32,000 bases of DNA from Staphylothermus marinus F1 (GCF_000015945.1 NC_009033.1:720001-752000); one strand, 5' to 3'. Positions 1-8,146 are shown, numbered from the stretch's first letter. Made by a program: numbers and translations. The notes: generated by a model not told the origin, from the sequence alone.

Positions 1-372
1 AGTTATTTGGTTACCATCAACTGTTACCTCGATATTTATCCATCCACCGGTAGGGTATACATCTGATGTTTTTAAAACACCAGCATACTTGTTAGAGCTT
101 ACTCGGTGAATAATCCATGTCCAATGACCAGTACTACTCGGACCCTGCCATGCATGAGCAGTAAATGTGCCTTCCCATGTACCAGATAGGTCCGCGCCAG
201 AGTATCCACTGGTTGTAGTAGTTGTCTGTGTTGATTGTTTTGTTGTAGTTGTTGTTTCACTTAGTGTACTAGTTGTGCCAATGTTTATTGAGGAGGCGTT
301 ATAGTATATTATAGCTGCTCCAACGCCCACTAGGAGAGCAACTACTACTCCTACAATTAATAATGTATTCAA
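1..372 (-). CDS. Partial secreted or membrane-anchored protein with an N-terminal hydrophobic anchor and a Thr-rich linker; the C-terminus lies beyond the window edge
   Basis: Not in the ORF track because it runs off the window. My translation of the minus strand from TTG at 372 gives LNTLLIVGVVVALLVGVGAAIIYYNASSINIGTTSTLSETTTTTKQSTQTTTTTSGYSGADLSGTWEGTFTAHAWQGP... and stays open to base 1 (124 codons). GGAGG lies 7 nt upstream of the TTG. Confidence 0.55.
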   Translation of the reverse strand, partial: MNTLLIVGVVVALLVGVGAAIIYYNASSINIGTTSTLSETTTTTKQSTQTTTTTSGYSGADLSGTWEGTFTAHAWQGPSSTGHWTWIIHRVSSNKYAGVLKTSDVYPTGGWINIEVTVDGNQIT

Positions 373-599
373 ACACTTTCCTCCGGCCGATAATGTATGT
401 ATTGACCTAAACGCTGTTATCCTTATAGAGGTTTATAAGGGTTTTACAACATCGTTACTTTCATTAAAAACCCATCTACACCGATGAAACCATAAAATGG
501 GTAGAGACAATATAAATAAGCTAAGCCCCTCAGAAAAATAGCATAAAAAGTCACGATAAACAAGATAGTGCTTCCACTATATAGGCCAGATAGTAAAGC

Positions 600-607
600 A
601 TATATTT
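600..607 (+). promoter_or_regulatory. TATA-like box (ATATATTT) about 25 nt upstream of the GC-rich element that starts near 632
   Basis: An A/T octamer at the distance expected for an archaeal TATA box relative to the abrupt start of GC-rich sequence at 631-636. Confidence 0.3.
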
Positions 608-631
608 CTAGAAAGCAAAGTTTTTCAATGT

Positions 632-897
632 CCCCCGCTCCCCGGCAACAGAGCCGTATAGGCTTAGGATGAGCCGTGGGGTTCCCGGCCTTCAAAACAC
701 TTCAATTTGACTGTTACTGGGATAAGGAATATAATGGATACTATATTCTTCATATTTATTGAGTGATGAATCCTCCTCTCACATAGACCGCGTAGTAGCG
801 GAGTGAAGATCCTCACGGTAACTGATCATTGCTTACCGATGAGGAGCCTATACCCCTCAATGATAGATGATTAATGCACCGGTTGCCGAGGGAGGAA
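632..897 (+). ncRNA. Candidate structured RNA of about 265 nt, class unknown; alternatively a MITE-like inverted-repeat element
   Basis: An outer 12-bp helix pairs 638-649 (CTCCCCGGCAAC) with 882-894 (GTTGCCG-A-GGGAG, A889 bulged). An inner 12-bp helix pairs 810-821 with 833-845 (A839 bulged). A 9-bp hairpin pairs 725-733 with 742-750 and contains a G.U pair only on the + strand. A small hairpin is CCGC-GTAGTA-GCGG at 788-801. The ends are GC-rich in an AT-rich genome, and the element sits in an unusually long 600-bp intergenic region. Confidence 0.35.
760..828 (+). ncRNA. C/D box sRNA-like module with a weak D' box
   Basis: C box GTGATGA at 763-769, a 12-nt guide ATCCTCCTCTCA, and CATA at the D' position (degenerate). 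A 17-nt spacer contains a 4-bp hairpin. C' is GTGAAGA at 803-809, followed by a 12-nt guide TCCTCACGGTAA and D box CTGA at 822-825. A 3-bp terminal stem pairs 760-762 with 826-828. Confidence 0.4.
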
Positions 898-978
898 TAT
901 ATAATATATTTATTTAAACCTTTTAATCATAAGGTATTCAAAGACTAGTAAGAACATAGATGCGGTGATGAGAAGGAG

Positions 979-1476
979 TTGAAGTATCCCCTAGATAAGA
1001 TATGTGTTAAAAGCGGCATACTCTGTCCTAACTGCCAGAGAAAAGTAGATACTGGAATCGTGGGTAAATACGAAATCTCAATTATGAAGGCAATGATGGA
1101 ACTTGAAGATGAAATGAAAGAATTACGTAGAGGAGAATATATTAAAGCATATGAAGTAAATGGCTTGGTTATAGTGATAGTAAAAGATCACTGGGAAAAA
1201 GAAGAAATCGAGAAGATCTCGAAATCATTATCGGCTAAGTTACGTAGAAAAGCAAAAGTAGTAGTTGATACAGGAGATAAGAAGCTATTAGTTGAACAAA
1301 TACTTTATCCAGCCACACTATTGGGCTTAAACACTCTATGGCTCCCTGATGGAAGCGAGCAAATGATAATTAGAATCTCTAGGAGAGACCATAGATTCAT
1401 TGGGGGACGAAAACACGCATATGAATCACTACTATCAAAGCTGTTGGGTAGAAAAGTTAGGATCAGGTTTGAGTAA
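979..1476 (+). CDS. Conserved archaeal protein with an N-terminal CxxC zinc-ribbon-like motif and a C-terminal NusA-type KH-like RNA-binding region
   Basis: 165-aa ORF with a TTG start and GGTGATGAGAAGGAG upstream. CPNC motif is present. The C-terminal segment LVEQILYPATLLGLNTLWLPDGSEQMIIRISRRDHRFIGGRKHAYESLLSKLLGRKVRI resembles a NusA KH domain (PA..v..v.....aIGk.G). Confidence 0.55.
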   Translation: MKYPLDKICVKSGILCPNCQRKVDTGIVGKYEISIMKAMMELEDEMKELRRGEYIKAYEVNGLVIVIVKDHWEKEEIEKISKSLSAKLRRKAKVVVDTGDKKLLVEQILYPATLLGLNTLWLPDGSEQMIIRISRRDHRFIGGRKHAYESLLSKLLGRKVRIRFE

Positions 1477-2590
1477 ATAATAAATTATCTTTAAACAGCT
1501 CCCGCATAATAATTGAAGCATACATTCCAGACTCCAGTAAAAAAGATATTTTTAAAGCATCACCAATTAGAACAAGACTAATATTGCTAGGTCTAAATAT
1601 TCCCCTTCTATACCAGCAACCCATACGTTTCATAACATTTTGATCCAAACTTTCAACACTAAATATGTCCTTATAAAAATTTATTCCATCAAAACAACCA
1701 GGCAAAGGCAATACTTTATCCAGACCAATCCAGCCCTTCTCCTCTATTATCTTATTTAACAAAAGATTATAGAGATAAGCAGCATAAGCATCAACGAGTA
1801 TGTTTCTAATCATCCGGTTAACCTTGTTTACTGCTTTGAAAATATCCTCAGTATCAACAAGTATTTTCTCATACAATAACTTCTCAAATCCGAGAAATAT
1901 TCTGTTATATATTGATTCATTGCTTTCACTAGGATATATACCTTTTAGAAACTCTCTTATAAAGAGATCGATCCTGTCGATGAGAAGGTATTTTCCTAAT
2001 AGGTGGGAATTGAATCTTTTCAAACCAAATCTTTGATAACCATAGTATGACGGTAATCCATATTTTGCTATCTTATTTAAAATATTATTTGCTATATCAC
2101 GATCTTTTTTATCAGTGTCTTTAACTATTAATACAAATTTATTACCTGTTAGATCTTTTCTTCTAGGCTTTCTATGCACGTATCCTATAAACACGTATTC
2201 TAGATCTCTATGAATTGTTTTCTCTTTGGAAAGACGATTATATATGATGTTTTTTCTAATGAAAAAGAACTGTTTGGATCTTGAATCTCTATCCTTGAAC
2301 CCCAGGAATAATATGTTTTGTTCAGGTATACCTAGATCTTTTGCAACTATTCTTACAGCTTTCAATGTATCTATGTTTTTCTTTCTTATTTCGAAAACAG
2401 CGTAGTCACCGTTTTCTTTTGAAAAACCTAGCTTTTTCCAATCGATAATTTCTTCGACTATAAAGGTTTCTGTGGATGGATAGTATTTTGTGTTTAGCTT
2501 ATTACATGTTAGATAGTATTTTATAGCTGAAACATAATCTAATGGGTGAACATATACGTATTCTTTACAGGGAGGTGTTTCTAGAGTAAT
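1463..2590 (-). CDS. truD: tRNA pseudouridine(13) synthase TruD/Pus7 family
   Basis: Motifs GFKDRDSRS (catalytic Asp motif G.KD) and YGYQRFG. The track ORF starts at TTG 2365, but the in-frame upstream translation ...HPLDYVSAIKYYLT...TETFIVEEIIDWKKLGFSKENGDYAVFEIRKKNIDT(L)KAV matches the TruD N-terminal domain (compare E. coli PEDFVVVED..GEGEHILVRILKNGCNT). I extended the CDS to ATT at 2590, which is preceded by GGTGA-N6. No ATG, GTG or TTG lies between the stop at 2597-2599 and 2365. Confidence 0.8.
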   Translation of the reverse strand: MTLETPPCKEYVYVHPLDYVSAIKYYLTCNKLNTKYYPSTETFIVEEIIDWKKLGFSKENGDYAVFEIRKKNIDTLKAVRIVAKDLGIPEQNILFLGFKDRDSRSKQFFFIRKNIIYNRLSKEKTIHRDLEYVFIGYVHRKPRRKDLTGNKFVLIVKDTDKKDRDIANNILNKIAKYGLPSYYGYQRFGLKRFNSHLLGKYLLIDRIDLFIREFLKGIYPSESNESIYNRIFLGFEKLLYEKILVDTEDIFKAVNKVNRMIRNILVDAYAAYLYNLLLNKIIEEKGWIGLDKVLPLPGCFDGINFYKDIFSVESLDQNVMKRMGCWYRRGIFRPSNISLVLIGDALKISFLLESGMYASIIMRELFKDNLLFTQT

Positions 2591-2946
2591 TTTAGATCAC
2601 CAGTTATTTCATCGATTTTCCTAGAGGGGCCAGGACCTATCCCTACAGCTGTTAATGTATTTGGGGGGAGCTCTGTTAATCCAGCATCTCTTATTATTGC
2701 TACAGGTAAATCTTTCTTCTTAGCCATTTCAGCATATTTCAATAAATCTCTTTCACTTCCCCCTTTAACAACTATTTTTTTCTGACCAGTAGCCCACCAT
2801 TCTAGAAACCATTCTCTCTTCTTCTTATATGCTTCGAAAGCTGCTGAAACCGCTGCATGGGCTACTTGTACAGCTAGTTTTCCTTTGCTCATCTTAATAT
2901 CTGTTCTCACAATTATTACTTGTTTATACTCCGTGTTTCTCAGCAA
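2581..2946 (-). CDS. pth2: Peptidyl-tRNA hydrolase, archaeal type (Pth2)
   Basis: KQVIIVRTDIKMSKGKLAVQVAHAAV...VVKGGSERDL...IIRDAG.TE....T.AVGIGP is typical of Pth2. The track ORF begins at GTG 2988. I prefer TTG 2946, which is preceded by GGGAGGAG-N6 and gives a typical product of about 121 aa. Confidence 0.85.
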   Translation of the reverse strand: MLRNTEYKQVIIVRTDIKMSKGKLAVQVAHAAVSAAFEAYKKKREWFLEWWATGQKKIVVKGGSERDLLKYAEMAKKKDLPVAIIRDAGLTELPPNTLTAVGIGPGPSRKIDEITGDLKLL

Positions 2947-3047
2947 AAATATCTCCTCCCATGGGAATATTTTTAAGCACCTATCCACGTTGTATGGTAT
3001 AGCATTGGGGGATTTAGAATATTGACTAGCTAATATGGTGAATGGTT

Positions 3048-3263
3048 ATGGCGTCAAAATATAGTTTGACCAGCAATATATCGATGCTTGAAGCAGCAAG
3101 CCCTCCTGTTTGTAGTAGTTGTCATAGAATCATTCCGCCACATGAACATGGAACAGAGTTTCTATGTCCAAACTGTGGCCAAGTAATAATTCGTAGATGT
3201 AAGAAGTGCAGAAAACTATCAGTTCCCTATGTTTGTCCAAATTGTGGTTTCCGCGGTCCATGA
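3048..3263 (+). CDS. Small double zinc-ribbon protein commonly found next to aEF-1beta (COG2888-like, from memory)
   Basis: Four CxxC pairs (CSSC, CPNC, CKKC, CPNC) and a position immediately upstream of the aEF-1beta gene. GGTGA at 3037-3041 fits the ATG at 3048 better than the track start at 3042. Confidence 0.7.
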   Translation: MASKYSLTSNISMLEAASPPVCSSCHRIIPPHEHGTEFLCPNCGQVIIRRCKKCRKLSVPYVCPNCGFRGP

Positions 3264-3275
3264 GGTGAGCAGTGT

Positions 3276-3548
3276 ATGGCTAAAGTACTTGTATTATTGA
3301 AGGTTTTACCAGAAGATATAAATATTGATCTAGAAGAGTTGAAGGAGAAGATACGAAAAGCTCTTCCCGAAGGATACGAGATAAAAGGATACGATATAGA
3401 ACCAATAGCTTTCGGATTAAAAGCATTGAGACTATACATATTCATGCCCGAGGAAACAGAGGGCGGAACAGAACCGCTGGAAAACACTGTTATGAATGTT
3501 GAAGGAGTAAGCCAGGTAGAAGTAGAAGCTGTACATAGAATTACCTAG
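3276..3548 (+). CDS. ef1b: Translation elongation factor aEF-1 beta
   Basis: 90 aa. MAKVLVLLKVLPEDINIDLEELKEKIRKALPEGYEI..IEPIAFGLKAL matches the aEF-1beta family pattern. GAGGTGA lies 7 nt upstream of the ATG. Confidence 0.9.
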   Translation: MAKVLVLLKVLPEDINIDLEELKEKIRKALPEGYEIKGYDIEPIAFGLKALRLYIFMPEETEGGTEPLENTVMNVEGVSQVEVEAVHRIT

Positions 3549-3669
3549 CATTAATGTTTTTCACAGTAGCAAACTTGTTTGATCATGAAAAGAACATATT
3601 TATCTGTTTCCCTCCTACCTATACAATACGGGTTATCATTACATAGTCGTAAAACTATCTATCCAACAC

Positions 3670-3676
3670 TATTTAA
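3670..3676 (+). promoter_or_regulatory. TATA box (TATTTAA) of the CDC48 gene
   Basis: A/T-rich heptamer about 50 nt upstream of the ATG. The predicted TSS is near 3698-3702. Confidence 0.35.
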
Positions 3677-3690
3677 GGGTATATTGATAG

Positions 3691-3711
3691 TAGGATTAAT
3701 AGGATTAATAG
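3691..3711. repeat. Tandem 9-mer TAGGATTAA, 2.3 copies
   Basis: TAGGATTAA-TAGGATTAA-TAG read directly. It overlaps the predicted TSS between the TATA box and the CDC48 start. Confidence 0.6.
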
Positions 3712-3721
3712 TTAGCGGCGA

Positions 3722-5956
3722 ATGCATGGTGCTTTAGCTATGAGCTTGTCGACACCAAGCAATAAATCCGGTAAGATAAAAATTACACTAAGAGTTCTTG
3801 AAAGCGAACCAAGAGATGTAGGTAAGGGAATAGCAAGAGTTGATCCAGCGATTATGGAGAGATACGGAATAATAAATGGCGATATTCTACTTGTTGAAGG
3901 AAGGAAGAAAACCGTTGTTAGAGCTGTTGAGGGATACGAGAAAGATCGTGGATTAGGCATTATCAGACTAGACAAATTCTCTAGGCAAAACGCAGGTGTA
4001 AAGATAGGGGATAAAGTAATAGTTGAGAAATTAGATGAGAACGAAGTCCAGAAAGCAATAACAGTTAAATTAGCCCCCACAAAATACTATGCACCAATAG
4101 ATCCAGGCACGATTGGGTATATTAAAAATAGACTACTAAACCGTCCCGTATTAGAAGAAGACCTAGTAGTTATTCAAATACTTGGACAAACAATACCCTT
4201 CAAAGTAATCTTGACAAAACCTAAGGGACCAGTCATAATAAAGAGGAACACAAACATAATAGTATTAGAGAGACCAATGGATCACGCAGTTCCTAGAGTA
4301 ACATATGAAGATATTGGAGGCATGAAACACATTGTACAACGAGTAAGAGAACTAGTAGAGCTACCGCTAAGACATCCAGAGCTGTTTAGAAGACTCGGAA
4401 TAGAACCACCCAAGGGGATCCTATTATATGGTCCTCCAGGTACTGGTAAGACATTATTAGCTAAAGCTGTCGCTAACGAAGCAGAAGCATATTTCATAGC
4501 AATCAACGGACCTGAAATAATAAGTAAGTTCTATGGTGAATCAGAGCAGAGGCTTAGAGAAATATTTGAGCAAGCAAAAAAGAATGCTCCAGCAATAATA
4601 TTCATAGACGAAATAGACGCTATAGCTCCTAAAAGAGACGAAGTCATGGGAGAAGTTGAAAGGAGAGTTGTAGCACAGCTTCTAGCATTAATGGACGGGC
4701 TTGAAAGCCGTGGAGACGTAATAGTAATTGCCGCAACAAATAGGCCTAACGCATTAGACCCAGCACTCCGTAGACCTGGAAGATTTGATAGAGAAATAGA
4801 GGTTCCACTACCAGATAAGCAGGGAAGACTGGAAATTCTACAAATACATACACGTGGAATGCCTTTAGCAAATGATGTTGACCTAAATAAATTAGCAGAA
4901 ATAACACATGGATACACGGGAGCAGACATTGCTGCACTAGTCAAAGAAGCAGCTTTACACGCGCTTAGAAGATATATGCCTGAAATAGATTTGGAAAGTG
5001 AAACTATACCTGTAGAAGTCCTCGAGAAAATGGAGGTTAGAATGGAGGATTTCCTAGCAGCATATAAGGAAATAGTGCCTAGTGGTCTACGTGAAATATA
5101 TGTTGAAGTCCCAGAGGTTTCATGGGACGATATTGGTGGGTTAGAAGATGTTAAACAAGAGCTTAGAAGAGCTGTTGAATGGCCTATGAAGTATCCAGAA
5201 GTATTTAAGAGACTTGGAATAAAACCTCCCAGAGGAATCCTATTATATGGTCCTCCAGGTACTGGTAAGACATTATTAGCTAAAGCTGTTGCTACTGAGA
5301 GTGGTGCAAACTTCATAGCAGTAAGAGGACCAGAAATACTAAGCAAATGGGTAGGAGAATCAGAAAAAGCGATCAGGGAGATCTTTAGAAAAGCGAGACT
5401 CTACGCTCCAGCAGTGATTTTCTTCGACGAAATAGACGCTATAGCTCCAGCTAGAGGATATGCTTTCGATTCAAGAGTAACTGAGAGAATAGTTAGCCAG
5501 TTATTAACGGAAATGGATGGAATCAATAGATTGGACAACGTAGTAGTTATAGCTGCAACTAATAGACCAGACATACTCGATCCAGCACTGCTTAGACCGG
5601 GAAGATTTGATAAGCTAATATACGTGCCTCCACCAGATCTAAATGGTAGAATAGAGATCTTAAAGATTCATACACGTAATATGCCGTTAGCTGATGACGT
5701 AGACTTATATGAAATTGCCAGATTAACTGAAGGATATAGTGGTGCTGACTTAGAAGCATTAGTTAGAGAAGCCGCTATGAGAGCATTAAAGGAGAACATA
5801 GAGATTAACAAAGTATATATGAGGCATTTCCTAGAAGCAATGAATGAAGTAAGACCCTCGATCACCCAAGACATAGTGAAGCTATACGAGGAATGGGGGA
5901 GAAAGGCGAGGCAGAGATTACCAAGAGAATATTTAAAGCCCGCAATGTATACATAA
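3722..5956 (+). CDS. cdc48: CDC48/VCP/p97-type AAA+ ATPase with two AAA domains
   Basis: 744 aa with an N-domain (GIARVD...GD.v.veG). Walker A GPPGTGKT occurs twice, Walker B IIFIDEID and VIFFDEID, and SRH RPGRFD occurs twice. An alternative start is ATG 3740. Confidence 0.95.
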   Translation: MHGALAMSLSTPSNKSGKIKITLRVLESEPRDVGKGIARVDPAIMERYGIINGDILLVEGRKKTVVRAVEGYEKDRGLGIIRLDKFSRQNAGVKIGDKVIVEKLDENEVQKAITVKLAPTKYYAPIDPGTIGYIKNRLLNRPVLEEDLVVIQILGQTIPFKVILTKPKGPVIIKRNTNIIVLERPMDHAVPRVTYEDIGGMKHIVQRVRELVELPLRHPELFRRLGIEPPKGILLYGPPGTGKTLLAKAVANEAEAYFIAINGPEIISKFYGESEQRLREIFEQAKKNAPAIIFIDEIDAIAPKRDEVMGEVERRVVAQLLALMDGLESRGDVIVIAATNRPNALDPALRRPGRFDREIEVPLPDKQGRLEILQIHTRGMPLANDVDLNKLAEITHGYTGADIAALVKEAALHALRRYMPEIDLESETIPVEVLEKMEVRMEDFLAAYKEIVPSGLREIYVEVPEVSWDDIGGLEDVKQELRRAVEWPMKYPEVFKRLGIKPPRGILLYGPPGTGKTLLAKAVATESGANFIAVRGPEILSKWVGESEKAIREIFRKARLYAPAVIFFDEIDAIAPARGYAFDSRVTERIVSQLLTEMDGINRLDNVVVIAATNRPDILDPALLRPGRFDKLIYVPPPDLNGRIEILKIHTRNMPLADDVDLYEIARLTEGYSGADLEALVREAAMRALKENIEINKVYMRHFLEAMNEVRPSITQDIVKLYEEWGRKARQRLPREYLKPAMYT
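4418..4470 (+). repeat. Copy 1 of a 53-nt perfect intragenic direct repeat (D1 Walker A region of CDC48)
   Basis: ATCCTATTATATGGTCCTCCAGGTACTGGTAAGACATTATTAGCTAAAGCTGT is identical to 5237-5289. Confidence 0.9.
5237..5289 (+). repeat. Copy 2 of a 53-nt perfect intragenic direct repeat (D2 Walker A region of CDC48)
   Basis: Identical to 4418-4470. A second 23-nt identity, GACGAAATAGACGCTATAGCTCC, links 4607-4629 and 5426-5448 (Walker B regions). Confidence 0.9.
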
Positions 5957-6032
5957 CTCCTATATGAGTATACTCTAACTATAACATTCCATTTTACATA
6001 GTTTCAAAAACAGTTTTCTAAGGTGCAATATT

Positions 6033-6284
6033 ATGAGCAAAAATATTTGGCGGAACCATCCATTATTCAGGATAATACTAGAAGAACTAATAAATAAGCC
6101 GACAGGCATGTCTGAAAGAGAATTATTAGAAGTTATCAAGAAAGAATATGGATATGAAGTGTCAAAGGTAGAACTTTACCAGATACTGCTTAAATTAGAA
6201 TTGAGAGGACTTATCAGAGTTGAGGAATTAGGCCGTGATCTAATAGTTAAGATCTCCCCTGATTTCAGCAAGATCATACAGTAA
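6033..6284 (+). CDS. Small hypothetical protein, possibly winged-helix DNA-binding
   Basis: 83-aa ORF. The helix-rich pattern ..MSERELLEVIKKEYGYEVSKVELYQILLKLELRGLIRVEE resembles a wHTH recognition helix plus wing. No specific family recognised. Confidence 0.5.
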   Translation: MSKNIWRNHPLFRIILEELINKPTGMSERELLEVIKKEYGYEVSKVELYQILLKLELRGLIRVEELGRDLIVKISPDFSKIIQ

Positions 6285-6328
6285 TCTTTATGGATTAATC
6301 AGTAATATTTTATTCTTGGTGAAGTATC

Positions 6329-7381
6329 TTGGGTGTTAATCTTAAAGATTTAATCCCCGAAGAAGCAAAGATGACCATAGAAGATCTAAGGATGCTTAGG
6401 GGAAAAATCGTTGTTATCGATGGATACAATGCATTATACCAGTTCCTAACAGCTATTAGACAACCAGATGGAACACCTTTAATGGATAGCCAGGGTAGGA
6501 TAACAAGTCATCTAAGCGGATTATTTTATAGAACAATAAATATTTTAGAAAACGGGATTAAGCCTGCATATGTCTTCGATGGAAAACCACCAGAAATAAA
6601 GGCTAAAGAAATAGAGAAGCGTAGAAAAATACGTGAAGATGCCTCTAAAAAGTACGAGGAAGCACTTAGAAAAGGAGATATAGAAGCTGCTCGAAGATAC
6701 GCTATGATGTCTGCAAAGTTAACTGATGAAATGGTCCAGGATGCTAAGAAATTATTAGATGCAATGGGTATTCCATGGATACAAGCTCCTGCTGAAGGTG
6801 AGGCGCAGGCAGCTTATATTGTTAGTAAAGGAGATGCATGGGCTAGTGCTTCACAAGACTATGATAGCTTATTGTTTGGATCACCGAGGCTTATAAGAAA
6901 CCTTACAATTTCTGGTAAGAGAAAACTGCCTAGGAAAAACGTATACATAGAGATCAAACCAGAAATCATAGAGTTAAAGAAACTATTAGAAAAACTGGGA
7001 TTAACAAGAGAACAACTAATATATGTAGCTATACTGATCGGTACAGACTATAATCCTGACGGTGTAAAAGGTATAGGTCCTAAAAAAGCTCTTCAACTAG
7101 TAAAAGCCTATAAAACACTAGATAAAATACTCAAAATAATACCGAAAACAGAGTTTCCCATAGAACCAGAGAAAATAGTTGAATACTTCTTAAACCCACC
7201 GGTATCAACAGATTATAAGCTAGAATGGAGAGCACCGGACGAGTCCAAGATAAGAGAGATTCTCGTAGAAGAACATGATTTCAACCCTGAAAGAGTCAAG
7301 AATGCTGTTGAAAGACTAGTTAAAGCTTATCGTGAACATATAAAGAGCAAACAATTGGGATTAGAAGCATGGTTTTCCTAG
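6329..7381 (+). CDS. fen: Flap endonuclease 1 (FEN-1)
   Basis: 350 aa. Matches include [41 protein letters not shown] and the H3TH segment [19 protein letters not shown] start with GGTGA-N6. Confidence 0.95.
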   Translation: MGVNLKDLIPEEAKMTIEDLRMLRGKIVVIDGYNALYQFLTAIRQPDGTPLMDSQGRITSHLSGLFYRTINILENGIKPAYVFDGKPPEIKAKEIEKRRKIREDASKKYEEALRKGDIEAARRYAMMSAKLTDEMVQDAKKLLDAMGIPWIQAPAEGEAQAAYIVSKGDAWASASQDYDSLLFGSPRLIRNLTISGKRKLPRKNVYIEIKPEIIELKKLLEKLGLTREQLIYVAILIGTDYNPDGVKGIGPKKALQLVKAYKTLDKILKIIPKTEFPIEPEKIVEYFLNPPVSTDYKLEWRAPDESKIREILVEEHDFNPERVKNAVERLVKAYREHIKSKQLGLEAWFS

Positions 7382-7393
7382 ATATGATCATGA

Positions 7394-8071
7394 CTAATCT
7401 TTCCATCCATACTCACCAATCAATGGAACAAACATACATTCAATACCATGTTTAGTAACATATTCATGTTCCCCAACACGCTTAACACTCAACAATCTCT
7501 GTACAAATCTGTCTCCAACAGGAATAACTAGTTTACCACCTACTCTTAATTGTTTAAGCAAAGGCTTAGGCACCTCGGGAGCTGCAGCTGTAACTATTAT
7601 CCTATCATAAGGAGCTTTCTCTGGATACCCCTTAGTACCGTCTCCAACTATTACTGTAACATATTCTATATAGCCTGTTCTTTCCAAGTTCTTTTTAGCA
7701 AACTCTGCCAGTTCAGGTATTCTCTCAACTGTGTAAACATGTCCTCTTCTATTAGGATCCTGTTTAGCGACAATTTCAGCTAAAACAGCTGCTTGATAAC
7801 CAGAACCCGTGCCAATCTCTAACACAATGTTGCCAGGTTCTGGATCAAGTTCTTCAGTCATTATTGCAACCATGTGGATAGCGCTAATAGTTTGACCAAA
7901 ACCTATAGGTAATGGTTCATCAATATAAGCATATTCCCTGTACTGTGGAGGAACAAATTCTTCTCTTGGAACACTAAGTAGTGCACGATAAACTTTATCA
8001 GATCTAATTATTCCTATTCTACGCAAATAATCAATAACTCTCCTACGTTCATTCTCGAATCTGCTACGCAT
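7394..8071 (-). CDS. pcm: Protein-L-isoaspartate O-methyltransferase
   Basis: 225 aa. Matches VPRE.FVP...AY.D.PLPIG.GQTISA.HMVA, the SAM motif VLEIGTGSGYQAAVLA, and YDRIIVTAAAP..P..L..QL..GG.LVIPVG. Confidence 0.93.
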   Translation of the reverse strand: MRSRFENERRRVIDYLRRIGIIRSDKVYRALLSVPREEFVPPQYREYAYIDEPLPIGFGQTISAIHMVAIMTEELDPEPGNIVLEIGTGSGYQAAVLAEIVAKQDPNRRGHVYTVERIPELAEFAKKNLERTGYIEYVTVIVGDGTKGYPEKAPYDRIIVTAAAPEVPKPLLKQLRVGGKLVIPVGDRFVQRLLSVKRVGEHEYVTKHGIECMFVPLIGEYGWKD

Positions 8072-8146
8072 ACTTATCCACCACAGTTATAATTTTATAT
8101 CTATACTACTTAACTACTTATTAATGAACCATATCGAGGTGAACAT

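Noticed and set aside
421-440. 7-bp hairpin CCTTATA-GAGGTT-TATAAGG as a terminator or regulatory stem
   Set aside because: The palindrome is essentially a TATA-like TTATAA core, probably the promoter of the minus-strand gene starting at 372. A hairpin role is not needed to explain it.
444-695. 83-aa minus-strand ORF in the long intergenic region
   Set aside because: It has no SD-like motif. Its 5' part is the GC-rich RNA-like segment, with codons atypical for this genome (CGG, GGG, CCC). The rest is low-complexity and hydrophobic. It is more likely a shadow of the non-coding element.
630-700. GC-rich 70 nt as a tRNA or a split-tRNA half
   Set aside because: I tried both strands. There is no T-arm (GGTTCRAATCC-like), no D-arm (AGC..GG) and no 7-bp acceptor pairing with cloverleaf spacing.
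632-897. SRP (7S) RNA or RNase P RNA, since both have paired 5' and 3' ends and a similar size
   Set aside because: It lacks the helix-8 GGAA tetraloop and AGCA motif of SRP RNA. It also lacks the GAGGAAAGUCC and ACAGAA..CGGCUUA conserved regions of RNase P. The 100-nt AT-rich interior is atypical for those RNAs in hyperthermophiles.
965-971. GTGATGA C-box-like heptamer upstream of the 979 gene
   Set aside because: There is no D' or D box at the required spacing. The sequence overlaps the GGTGA/GAAGGAG ribosome-binding region of the downstream CDS.
373-978. Replication origin: a long AT-rich intergenic region flanked by inverted repeats
   Set aside because: There is no ORB or mini-ORB-like dyad (TCCA...GGAA) and no adjacent orc1/cdc6 gene. 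The inverted repeats are better explained as RNA helices or MITE ends.
4531-5346. 271-aa ORF, plus the 3712-4080, 4282-4506, 4746-4937 and 5668-5874 ORFs, all antisense to cdc48
   Set aside because: These are Ser/Leu-rich low-complexity translations entirely inside a very well supported AAA+ CDS. They are typical antisense shadow ORFs. The same reasoning applies to other antisense track ORFs, including 1800-2036, 3227-3487, 7550-7783, 9670-9969, 10286-10549, 10595-10795, 13245-13472, 14635-14899, 17267-18153, 18373-18591, 19280-19897, 21033-21245, 21704-21973, 22630-23279, 23784-24002, 24304-24654, 25623-25874, 26761-26946, 27107-27289, 28317-28529, 29077-29316, 30832-31020 and 31433-31675.
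8105-8120. Perfect tandem 8-mer ACTACTTA, 2 copies, in the pcm/DUF371 divergent promoter
   Set aside because: At 16 nt in AT-rich DNA it is too short to distinguish from chance, and it has no dyad symmetry.
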